Shown: positions 8,725 to 17,089 of the stretch, piece by piece
Layout: every line of letters begins with the position of its first letter
Numbering within the stretch: the first letter of the stretch is position 1
Assembly (NCBI GenBank): GCA_963704705.1
Contig: OY969931.1
Location: 1,050,001 to 1,082,000, forward strand
Source of the DNA: an uncultured bacterium
GTDB lineage: Bacteria; Patescibacteriota; Gracilibacteria; UBA1369; PNNO01
Reading direction: 5' to 3'
DNA length: 32,000 nucleotides
Notes under the pieces: model-generated
What the model was told of the DNA's origin: nothing
What the model saw: the letters and a program-made list of their open reading frames with translations, nothing else
Databases searched by the model: none
Program-made: the position numbers and the translations under genes

Positions 8725-8913
8725 TTAGTCGTATGAAACTAATTGTCCTTTTTTAGTTACTCCATCTAATATCAGGCTAGCATCTCTTCGCGTACCTTTA
8801 GCAGTATTATCTACTCCTTTTCCAGGAAAATTTTCTTTATCATTATGACTAACTAAATGTATGGCATCTTCAGGATCTCCTCCTAAAAATCCTTCTGGGT
8901 TTTTTGTATTCAT
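8725..8913 (-). CDS. hypothetical small protein
   Basis: 62 aa ORF in an otherwise empty interval. No recognised motif. Confidence 0.3.
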   Translation of the reverse strand: MNTKNPEGFLGGDPEDAIHLVSHNDKENFPGKGVDNTAKGTRRDASLILDGVTKKGQLVSYD

Positions 8914-8972
8914 AATTATTGAGTTAAAAGCCAGATGAAGTTTAGCTTAAAGTTTCTGATTTTGTAAAGAAT

Positions 8973-10547
8973 TTAATTTATTCTGTAAATTTCGAGACGC
9001 ACGTTCTTTATATATGATGTACCAAAAGATTTTGAAGTAGAAAAATCTAAATCAATATTATGTACACCCGAAGTTAATGTAACATTTCTAAAACCAGTTT
9101 CCACATATACTTGATCAGTACCTGTATCTTTAGGTTCCTGTTCATGTTCTAATAAAGTTGTTGTATCATCTACCTGAACTCTTCCCATAAAATCATTTGA
9201 TGCACTATCATATCTCCAGTTATAAAACCAACTTATTTTGTAAGTTCCGGCAGGCAATGAAGGTGTTGTAAGCCTTAATTTTTGCTGAAAAACAGTGCTA
9301 TTTGTACTTGTTTCAGCTACGCTTTCAGAATAACTATACTGGGTTCCAAAAATACTAGATGACCCCCCTGCCGCATCAATCTGCTTCCAGATTGTTCCGT
9401 TACAAACATAAGTAAATGTGTCGGTTGTATTATGATATATCCGCCCCTTGTATGTGCTGTTACATGTTAATGCCGAAGCTGAATTCTCAACTTTAAACTG
9501 CTTTAGCTCATTAAAATTTAAAAGCAAATCATCGCTTAAAATAAAAGCCTGGGCAGTATTATTCCACTGCATATATTCATTCAAAGTAGTTCCAAATACT
9601 AAATTCAAATCAGTCCCTGTATTATCCTGATCAATAGTCCACGATTCACTGTCGGTTCCTGTTCCTACGCTGCCGGGATCACCTTTATCACCTTTTACGC
9701 CATCAAGCTTTACTACCGTTATTAAAGGTTCACCAATTACAGTATTAACGCTTAATCTTTGCGCCTGCAAAGTAATATAATCTCCATTGTTTAGTTCAGC
9801 TAATACTGTAGCGGTTAAAGGTGAGTGTTCAGTCTGATAATTTGTTGATTCTAAAAATGAACCCGGAATGTCGGACGTATTATTAATTCTAAGTTTTGCC
9901 TGAATACCATGGGTGGTTGTGTTGTTGTTGGCGTCCAGATGATAAGTTAATCTATATAAACCATCCGCTTTTATATCTATTCGTTCAGTATTTGTTCCAT
10001 TATGCTCAATAACTGTGTCATCTGATTCCACATCAGTGCTATCAAGAGGTATATCGTACCACTGACTTTGATTTGTTAAAGTGAAATTTGAAGTTCTTCG
10101 CGCCTGAACAGCCGCGAGCATGCCAGAAATAGTACCACTTCCGCCTCCATTGATCTGTTCCCAGGAAGTTCCATTACAAATATAAGTATTGTTGTCTGTT
10201 GTATTGTAATAAGCTCTTCCAATGGTTGTTCCATCACACGTTGGTGCAACATCAAGGTTATCAATTCTGAAATTCTTAAGTTCATTACCCTCTAAATCCA
10301 GATCATCACTAAATTTAAATGTTTCATCAGCCGAATCCCATTTAAGATATTCACCTAAGGTATCACCGAATTGAAGGGTTATATCCCCGCCCGAGTCATC
10401 AGCATCAAAAGTATAAATGTTGTCTTCCTGGACATAATCTGGATCAATTAACAAAATCCCCTGAGCGCTCACAATATTTATCTGCGTTATAAGCAAACCA
10501 ATAATAAATACGAAGCAACTTACTTTTTTTAATGTTTTTTTAATCAT
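8973..10547 (-). CDS. secreted modular surface/tail-fibre-like protein with C1q/TNF-like domain, short collagen-like stretch and duplicated modules
   Basis: Signal peptide from internal ATG at 10547 (MIKKTLKKVSCFVFIIGLLITQINIVSAQ). Duplicated module LQFGDTLGEYLKWDSADETFKFSDDLDLEGNELKNF...GRAYYNTTDNNTYICNGTSWEQI versus LVFGTTLNEYMQWNNTAQAFILSDDLLLNFNELKQF...GRIYHNTTDTFTYVCNGTIWKQI. GVKGDKGDPGS lies between them. ORF track start is 10583. Confidence 0.8.
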   Translation of the reverse strand: MIKKTLKKVSCFVFIIGLLITQINIVSAQGILLIDPDYVQEDNIYTFDADDSGGDITLQFGDTLGEYLKWDSADETFKFSDDLDLEGNELKNFRIDNLDVAPTCDGTTIGRAYYNTTDNNTYICNGTSWEQINGGGSGTISGMLAAVQARRTSNFTLTNQSQWYDIPLDSTDVESDDTVIEHNGTNTERIDIKADGLYRLTYHLDANNNTTTHGIQAKLRINNTSDIPGSFLESTNYQTEHSPLTATVLAELNNGDYITLQAQRLSVNTVIGEPLITVVKLDGVKGDKGDPGSVGTGTDSESWTIDQDNTGTDLNLVFGTTLNEYMQWNNTAQAFILSDDLLLNFNELKQFKVENSASALTCNSTYKGRIYHNTTDTFTYVCNGTIWKQIDAAGGSSSIFGTQYSYSESVAETSTNSTVFQQKLRLTTPSLPAGTYKISWFYNWRYDSASNDFMGRVQVDDTTTLLEHEQEPKDTGTDQVYVETGFRNVTLTSGVHNIDLDFSTSKSFGTSYIKNVRLEIYRIN

Positions 10548-10676
10548 AACTTGTAACAAATTTGTCATATTATTATAACACAAGTGAGCTAATTAGAAAA
10601 GAGTTAGGGCCACTTTTAACAAGTAACTAACATTATTTTACAATTTATGTTATAATTAAATGAACCCAGAATTAAA

Positions 10677-12194
10677 ATGGCAGGATTAAAAGAAAAAAAA
10701 GAATCTCAACAGCAAAATCCTTCAATTGGGCCAAAAGCCGCAGCAGATACTGTTAAAGCAAACATTGAAGGTAAAAAAGCCGCTCAAAGGGCTAAGGTTA
10801 GGGCAGGGCTTAAAGATTTAAAAGATAAAATTTCAGGAAAATCAGTAAAAGAAACGTTTTCGTCACAAGATAAACAATTATTGGAAAAAGCATTCAAAGA
10901 ATCGATTGCAGGCTTAAATGAGGGCAAAATCCTAAAAAAAATCTCAAATCTTTCGATAGATAAACTTGAAAAAGCCGAAGATTTACAAAACGGCACGGGT
11001 GCCAGAGTTTTTGCCAATATAGAATTCGGTTATAAATTCAAAAAAGGCGATAAAATTACAATAAATTTTCAAGGCAACGAAGATGCTGAAGATAAATATG
11101 GAATGCGAACTTTTTTTAAACACCAACCCGAAATCAGACAGGTAAAGATAACTCAAAAAAATCGCAGAGGAAAAGGCCGTGAAGGAATTGCAACAAGACG
11201 CGGACTGGAAGGTAATTTTTATTTTGCAGACGGATCGTATGCTCCGATTTTTTCAGGCACAGAAATTGAAATAGAACAGGTATTTACAGCTCAACAACTT
11301 GAAGATTACAAAAAAACAGCAAGCTCATATAAGGTTGATCAAACTACCCGCAGAATTAGCAGCCAGGATCAGGCCTTTTACAGAAAACAATACGCATTTG
11401 TTCCGCCAAATCCCAAAGATGAAAAAGCAGTTAAAGAATATTGGCGGCAAATAGATAATTCAACCAACAAGCCAAAACGTGAAAAAGCACCAAGAACTTT
11501 AGCAAGAGCAGAATATGTACCTGCAAACCAACTTGAGAAACAATTCAAAGAAAAATGGGACCAAATTATGTCCATAAAGGACAAATTGCAGTTATGGAAT
11601 ATGAGAGACGAAATAATTTTCAGAGAAAATGATCCTATTGTGAGGGTTCCCGGAGAAAGAGCAGGTATGAGACTGCGTTCTGCAGCTGCTTTAAGATGGG
11701 CATTATTTAAAAAATATTCTGAACTTACAGGGTATAAAGTCTATATATCTTCTTCTTATAGAAGTGCGAAAACTCAGGAACGACTTTGGTATAACGGATT
11801 AGCACGAAGAAAAAGAATGATGCGTCAAAAATATCCAAATGCATCGGAAGCTGAAATTCACAAAAAAGCCCTCGCTCTAAATAGGCGTTATGTGGCTCCT
11901 CCGGGTCGTTCTCATCATAATACCGGCGGAGCAATTGACCTTTCAGTTTATAAAAACAACAAAAAAATCCAGATGCATAAATTTAAGGGTAGCAGTGCGC
12001 AACACGCAAGAGCAATGGCAGGAGACATGAGTGGATTAAGTTCAGCTGATCGTATTGCAATTGAAACACGACAATTTTTAGATAAAGAACTCGGTGCATC
12101 ACACTTTCTTGGCGTAAATTACCATGCAGAAAACTGGCACTGGAATACTGATAAAGATCCTAATACAGGCCAATATATTTACAGAAACGTTTAA
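10677..12194 (+). CDS. M15-family peptidase (D-Ala-D-Ala carboxypeptidase/VanY-like) with long N-terminal extension
   Basis: YKVYISSSYRSAKTQERLW, SHHNTGGAIDLS and NYHAENWHWN match M15 zinc-ligand and catalytic motifs. No clear signal peptide. Confidence 0.8.
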   Translation: MAGLKEKKESQQQNPSIGPKAAADTVKANIEGKKAAQRAKVRAGLKDLKDKISGKSVKETFSSQDKQLLEKAFKESIAGLNEGKILKKISNLSIDKLEKAEDLQNGTGARVFANIEFGYKFKKGDKITINFQGNEDAEDKYGMRTFFKHQPEIRQVKITQKNRRGKGREGIATRRGLEGNFYFADGSYAPIFSGTEIEIEQVFTAQQLEDYKKTASSYKVDQTTRRISSQDQAFYRKQYAFVPPNPKDEKAVKEYWRQIDNSTNKPKREKAPRTLARAEYVPANQLEKQFKEKWDQIMSIKDKLQLWNMRDEIIFRENDPIVRVPGERAGMRLRSAAALRWALFKKYSELTGYKVYISSSYRSAKTQERLWYNGLARRKRMMRQKYPNASEAEIHKKALALNRRYVAPPGRSHHNTGGAIDLSVYKNNKKIQMHKFKGSSAQHARAMAGDMSGLSSADRIAIETRQFLDKELGASHFLGVNYHAENWHWNTDKDPNTGQYIYRNV

Positions 12195-12238
12195 TTTAAG
12201 TAAAGTTTAGAACGTAATTAAACTTAATGTTTTTAAAT

Positions 12239-13900
12239 ATGCGCTCTGATGAAGTTAAAAAAGGATTTGAAAGAACTCCGCATCGAAGCCTTTTACGTGC
12301 ATGCGGCCTTAAAGACCGCGACTTTGATAAACCGTTTATTGGTATAGCCAATTCTTATAATGATATAGTTCCGGGTCATATTCATTTAAATAAAATAGGT
12401 CAAATTGTTAAAGAAGCCATTTGGGATGCAGGAGGTGTTCCATTTGAATTTAATGTAATCGGTGTTGATGATGGCATTGCTATGGGACATATTGGAATGC
12501 ACTATTCACTTCCCTCTCGCGAACTTATTTGTGACTCTATTGAAACAGTTATTGAGGCGCATAGACTTGATGGAATGGTTTGTATCGGAAGCTGCGATAA
12601 AATTGTTCCTGGAATGATGATGGCAATGGTAAGAACTAATGTACCTTCGTTAATTTTAAGCGGTGGCCCTATGAAGGCGGGAAAAATAAACGGTAAAAGT
12701 GTTGATTTAGTTTCGGCTTTTGAAGGAGTCGGTAAATATCAGGCAGGTAAAATTGACGACAAAGAATTGCATGAACTTGAACTAAGTGCATGCCCCACAT
12801 GCGGCTCTTGCGCAGGCATGTTTACTGCCAATTCGATGAATTGTTTAAGTGAAGTTTTAGGCTTGGGATTGCCATTTAATGGCACCTACCTTGCCATTTC
12901 TGAAGAAAGAAAAGAGCTCGCTAAAAAAGCCGGTGAACAAATAATAAAATTAGTAAAAGAAGATTTAAAACCCCGGGATATAATTACTCATGCGTCTATA
13001 GACAATGCATTCAAACTCGACATGGCATTCGGCGGATCAACAAATACTGTACTGCACACATTGGCAATAGCCAACGAAGCTGGAATTGATTATCCGCTTG
13101 AACGAATTAATGAACTTTCAGATTCAACACCTTACATCTGCAAAGTCAGTCCTTCGGACCCAAATGTTCATATTGAAGATGTAGACAAAGCAGGGGGAAT
13201 TTCTGCAATAATAAATGAGCTCAGTAAAAAAGATTTGCTGGATCTGGATCAAAAAACAGTCACAACAAAAACTCTGCGCGAAATCACAAAAGGCCATGAA
13301 GTAAAAAATCACGATATAATAAGACCTATCGATAATCCACATTCACAAACCGGAGGTTTGACTATGCTGTTTGGAAATTTGGCCCCGGAAGGCGCTATTG
13401 TTAAATCAGGCGGCGTTGATAAAGACTTAATGAAATTCGAAGGCCCTGCAATAATTTATAATTCTCAGGAATCCGCATGCGAGGGAATTCTAAACGGAGA
13501 AGTAAAAGAAGGTCATGTTGTAGTAATTAGATATGAAGGACCAAAAGGCGGACCTGGAATGCCTGAGATGCTTGCTCCTACCGCAAACATTGTTGGTCTT
13601 GGCCTGGGCAAAAAAGTCGCTCTTATTACTGACGGCAGATTTTCAGGCGGAACACGCGGTGCATGTATAGGACATATTTCACCGGAAGCAGCTGAGAATG
13701 GCCCTATTGCAGCACTTAGAAACGGTGATATTATTTCTTACGATATTCCTAATCATAAAATCGAAGTGAAGATCAGCCATGAAGAACTAACGGAACGTTT
13801 GAATGGCCTTCCTGAATTCGAACCAAAAATTAAAAAAGGCTACCTTAACAGATATGCGCGTTTAGTTACCAATGCAAGCAAAGGAGCAGTGTTATCTTAA
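12239..13900 (+). CDS. ilvD: dihydroxy-acid dehydratase
   Basis: [47 protein letters not shown] and [14 protein letters not shown] are diagnostic. ORF opens at 12227; M5 at 12239 ([23 protein letters not shown]) is the likelier start. Confidence 0.95.
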   Translation: MRSDEVKKGFERTPHRSLLRACGLKDRDFDKPFIGIANSYNDIVPGHIHLNKIGQIVKEAIWDAGGVPFEFNVIGVDDGIAMGHIGMHYSLPSRELICDSIETVIEAHRLDGMVCIGSCDKIVPGMMMAMVRTNVPSLILSGGPMKAGKINGKSVDLVSAFEGVGKYQAGKIDDKELHELELSACPTCGSCAGMFTANSMNCLSEVLGLGLPFNGTYLAISEERKELAKKAGEQIIKLVKEDLKPRDIITHASIDNAFKLDMAFGGSTNTVLHTLAIANEAGIDYPLERINELSDSTPYICKVSPSDPNVHIEDVDKAGGISAIINELSKKDLLDLDQKTVTTKTLREITKGHEVKNHDIIRPIDNPHSQTGGLTMLFGNLAPEGAIVKSGGVDKDLMKFEGPAIIYNSQESACEGILNGEVKEGHVVVIRYEGPKGGPGMPEMLAPTANIVGLGLGKKVALITDGRFSGGTRGACIGHISPEAAENGPIAALRNGDIISYDIPNHKIEVKISHEELTERLNGLPEFEPKIKKGYLNRYARLVTNASKGAVLS

Positions 13901-15244
13901 TATTCTGTCACGGATATTCTTTGCGTATTTTTTTACCATTGCGTCAGTGATGCATCCTGTTTTACAAATTTCACTGTAAACCTGTGCTGAAGATTTTGGA
14001 ATTCTTTCAAAAGTTCTGTGATTAATCGCAACAAGACCAAATGGCTGTGTAAAGCCCTCAGCCCATTCAAAATTATCAAGAAACGACCAATACAAATAAC
14101 CCATAACGTCAGCTCCTTCACTCATTGCCCGGTTAATGGCATCCAAATGTCTGATAATATAAGAAATTCGCTGAGTATCATCCAGTGTTGAAATCCCGTT
14201 TTCAGTAATTAAAATTGGTTTTTTTAATTTTCTGTGAACGAGTTTAGTTAAATAATAAAGCCCGTCCGGAAAAACTTCCCAATTAAACAAGGTTCGTTCT
14301 ATATTGGGTGAAATATGCATTCTAAAATGCATTGGTGACCTTAAAACGGAAAATCTGCATTCGCATCTAAAGTAATAATTAATTCCTATAAAGTCCAGAC
14401 TCTCTTTGGCATTATGAAGCTTTTTATACCCCATTATCAATGGATATCTGCCACTGTAAAAAGGTCTGAAATAAAGTTTATTATAAAAATACCTGTAAGT
14501 TTCCGACATAATTTTGCTAATGATGCTATTTTTTTTATATGGGTCAAACCAAATAAAACTTTTCGCAAATCCGATCATTGGTTTTTCCCAACCCTTATTT
14601 CTGTAAACTTCACGAATAACCTGAAATGCATCAATATGTACATGTAAAAGGTTTTTTAATAATTTCAATGTTTTAAAAAAACTTTTTTCACCAGGAGGCC
14701 ACTGACCCTCATGATAGCCATAATTGGCGTAAACAAAAGGTTCGTTTATTGTAAGCCATGTATCAACAAGATCACCAAGTTCTTCAACAATTCTTTTTAC
14801 ATATCTGTTAAATTTATGTCTGCCTTCAGGATTCAAAAAACCCCCTTCCTGAGCAAACCAATATGGCAGAGTAAAATGCCATAAAGTAACAACAGGTTTT
14901 ATTCCGTCTTTGTGCAGTTCTTCAAGAACTTTTCTGTAATGCTTAATCTCCCATTTATTAAAAATGCCTTCTTTTGGTTCGATTCGGCTCCATTCAATCG
15001 AAAGTCTGTGAGTGTTATGGTGCATGTGCTTCATCATTTCAAAATCCTTTTTATAAAGCTCATAATGATTACATGCATCGTTAGAAATCTGTTTGTTTAA
15101 AACATGACCTTCCTGCTCCCATGCCCACCAATCATTATTCATATTTCCACCTTCAACCTGATGAGCTGACATTGCAGTACCCCATAAAAAATTTTTAGGG
15201 AATTTAATTTCGTACTTATGTTTTTTTGATTTTGTTTGCGGCAA
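13892..15244 (-). CDS. glycoside hydrolase family 1 (beta-glucosidase-like)
   Basis: [16 protein letters not shown] near the N-terminus, acid/base motif TINEP, nucleophile motif ITENGIST, and C-terminal [20 protein letters not shown]. Convergent 9 bp overlap with ilvD. Confidence 0.93.
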   Translation of the reverse strand: MPQTKSKKHKYEIKFPKNFLWGTAMSAHQVEGGNMNNDWWAWEQEGHVLNKQISNDACNHYELYKKDFEMMKHMHHNTHRLSIEWSRIEPKEGIFNKWEIKHYRKVLEELHKDGIKPVVTLWHFTLPYWFAQEGGFLNPEGRHKFNRYVKRIVEELGDLVDTWLTINEPFVYANYGYHEGQWPPGEKSFFKTLKLLKNLLHVHIDAFQVIREVYRNKGWEKPMIGFAKSFIWFDPYKKNSIISKIMSETYRYFYNKLYFRPFYSGRYPLIMGYKKLHNAKESLDFIGINYYFRCECRFSVLRSPMHFRMHISPNIERTLFNWEVFPDGLYYLTKLVHRKLKKPILITENGISTLDDTQRISYIIRHLDAINRAMSEGADVMGYLYWSFLDNFEWAEGFTQPFGLVAINHRTFERIPKSSAQVYSEICKTGCITDAMVKKYAKNIRDRILR

Positions 15245-15308
15245 TTTATTGTGGATAAAAGCTAATTAAAATTGTACCATATAAATAAATATTAATTAAT
15301 AATTTTAT

Positions 15309-15821
15309 ATGGATTTAGGTACAAAAAAAGTAATTATGATTATCGCCCCTGAAAATTTTCGTGACGAAGAGTATTTTGACACCCGCGAAGCTCTTGAAAA
15401 AAAGGGGGTTGATGTAAGGGTTGCTTCAATTTCAACTCCCGCAATTAGTGGTATTGAAAAACGGGAAGTTGAAGTCGATATGCTGTTGAATGATGTTACT
15501 AATGATTTTGACGGGATTGTTTTTATAGGCGGAGGCGGCGCAAAAGTTTATTTTGATAATCAAACCGCTCTTGATTTGGCGCGCAAATATTATGAGGATG
15601 GCAAAATTGTGGCTGCAATTTGTATTGCTCCGTTAATACTGGGGCATGCCGGTATAATGAGCGACAAAAAAGCTACATGCTGGGAAGGCGGCGCAAAAGA
15701 ACTGGGAGATTTCGGAGCAGAATACACTGCTTCAGATGTTGAAATTGATGGAAATATAATTACTGCAAACGGCCCAAAGTCTTCTGAGAACTTTGGTAAA
15801 GAAGTTGCAAAAGCGCTCTAA
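15309..15821 (+). CDS. DJ-1/PfpI family protein
   Basis: KVIMIIAPENFRDEEYFDTREALEKKGVDVRVAS...DGIVFIGGGGAKVYFD...AAICIAPLILGHAGIM with the nucleophile-elbow Cys. Confidence 0.88.
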   Translation: MDLGTKKVIMIIAPENFRDEEYFDTREALEKKGVDVRVASISTPAISGIEKREVEVDMLLNDVTNDFDGIVFIGGGGAKVYFDNQTALDLARKYYEDGKIVAAICIAPLILGHAGIMSDKKATCWEGGAKELGDFGAEYTASDVEIDGNIITANGPKSSENFGKEVAKAL

Positions 15822-16510
15822 GAATTGCCTTTTCTTAAAACTTCTCTTTCTCTGCGGAGTCTTGAAACGTTTTTAATAAGCTTTTCAATACCTCCCTGCA
15901 AATTTCGTGCTGCACTTAAGTCATCGACCCTGGAATCTTTTTTGCCGCGTTCATTGGGCGGCATTAGAAATTTCTTTGCTGCTTTTTCCCAATTCCCTTT
16001 TCCGTTGGCCAATCCGCTTAATGAATTATTTGCTTTTCTTAATGCAGTTAAAGCTTCATTGAAATCATTAAGATTCAAAGATTTAAAAGTGGAACTTTTT
16101 GATGCTTTTTGTTTAATTGCATCATAATTTCCTGATAACAAACCCAAATCACTGGCCTTTGGTGCGAATTCCCCCATTAATTTTTTAAATTTACCATTCT
16201 TGCTTAAAGCTACCATTAGCTTTAAATAAGCCATTCTGTGTTTAACAACATTAACCAAAGATTCAGGTAGAAGTTTTAAATTAATTCTCTCAAACTTAGG
16301 TAGAAGATCATCAGCTTTCTTCATTGATTTATCGTCAAAATAACTTGTACTGTCCAGATCTCTGTGATAATCAGAACAAAGTTCGCGAGTAGTTTTAATT
16401 TCTTTTTCTTTTGCTTCCTTTTCTTCTTTTACTCTTTCTTGTTTACTTAACTTTAGAGCTTCTTCCTCTGATCTTTTTTTTGCGGCGTATTCATAGACTT
16501 CAATATTCAT
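15818..16510 (-). CDS. hypothetical charged helical protein
   Basis: 230 aa ORF, charged and helical, convergent 4 bp overlap with the DJ-1/PfpI gene. Confidence 0.55.
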   Translation of the reverse strand: MNIEVYEYAAKKRSEEEALKLSKQERVKEEKEAKEKEIKTTRELCSDYHRDLDSTSYFDDKSMKKADDLLPKFERINLKLLPESLVNVVKHRMAYLKLMVALSKNGKFKKLMGEFAPKASDLGLLSGNYDAIKQKASKSSTFKSLNLNDFNEALTALRKANNSLSGLANGKGNWEKAAKKFLMPPNERGKKDSRVDDLSAARNLQGGIEKLIKNVSRLRREREVLRKGNS

Positions 16511-17089
16511 TTTTTACTTTGTTTATTTTAATATTTAACATATATATTATACAACATTTATTACTATAAAGAAAGAGTCTTAACAAATTAAGCTGGTTTG
16601 TTAAATAAAAACAATGTTTCTTGGCTGTAGCATAAGAAAATCCTAAAATTTGATCCCAAAGGCTTGACTCAATTGTAAATTAATTTATCGCTATAAAATA
16701 TTTCTAAATTATTCAAAATTGTATTATTGAATAAATGAAAATCCGTTGTCAGCTTTTTAAGTTTGTTCAACTAATTTATACATACCTCAATATATGATCC
16801 CCCTTTTAATAGAATACTACCTTTTCGGAATGCTACATGGTAACCCTCTACTATATGTAGTATGAAGCCAAAATAATATACACTACATATACTTAAATTT
16901 AGCAACTAAATATTATGTTTTAAGGTTGCATTGAAATATCCATAAGAATATATTCGAGTTGTTATTCAATCGCGCGCTCAAAAACAGCCCAACCAAAAAA
17001 TTAGCTTCAAGCTTTTCTAGCGGCTTAACGGATTTAAGGTCTTTTAATGACCTTGGTCTGTATTCTTTACTCTCTAATTCCCTGTTATC

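Noticed and set aside
10660-10689. Nine-codon upstream ORF (MNPELKWQD) overlapping the M15 peptidase start, preceded by TATAAT at 10651
   Set aside because: Too short and likely by chance. The TATAAT lies too close to the start to be separated from random AT-rich sequence without transcript data.
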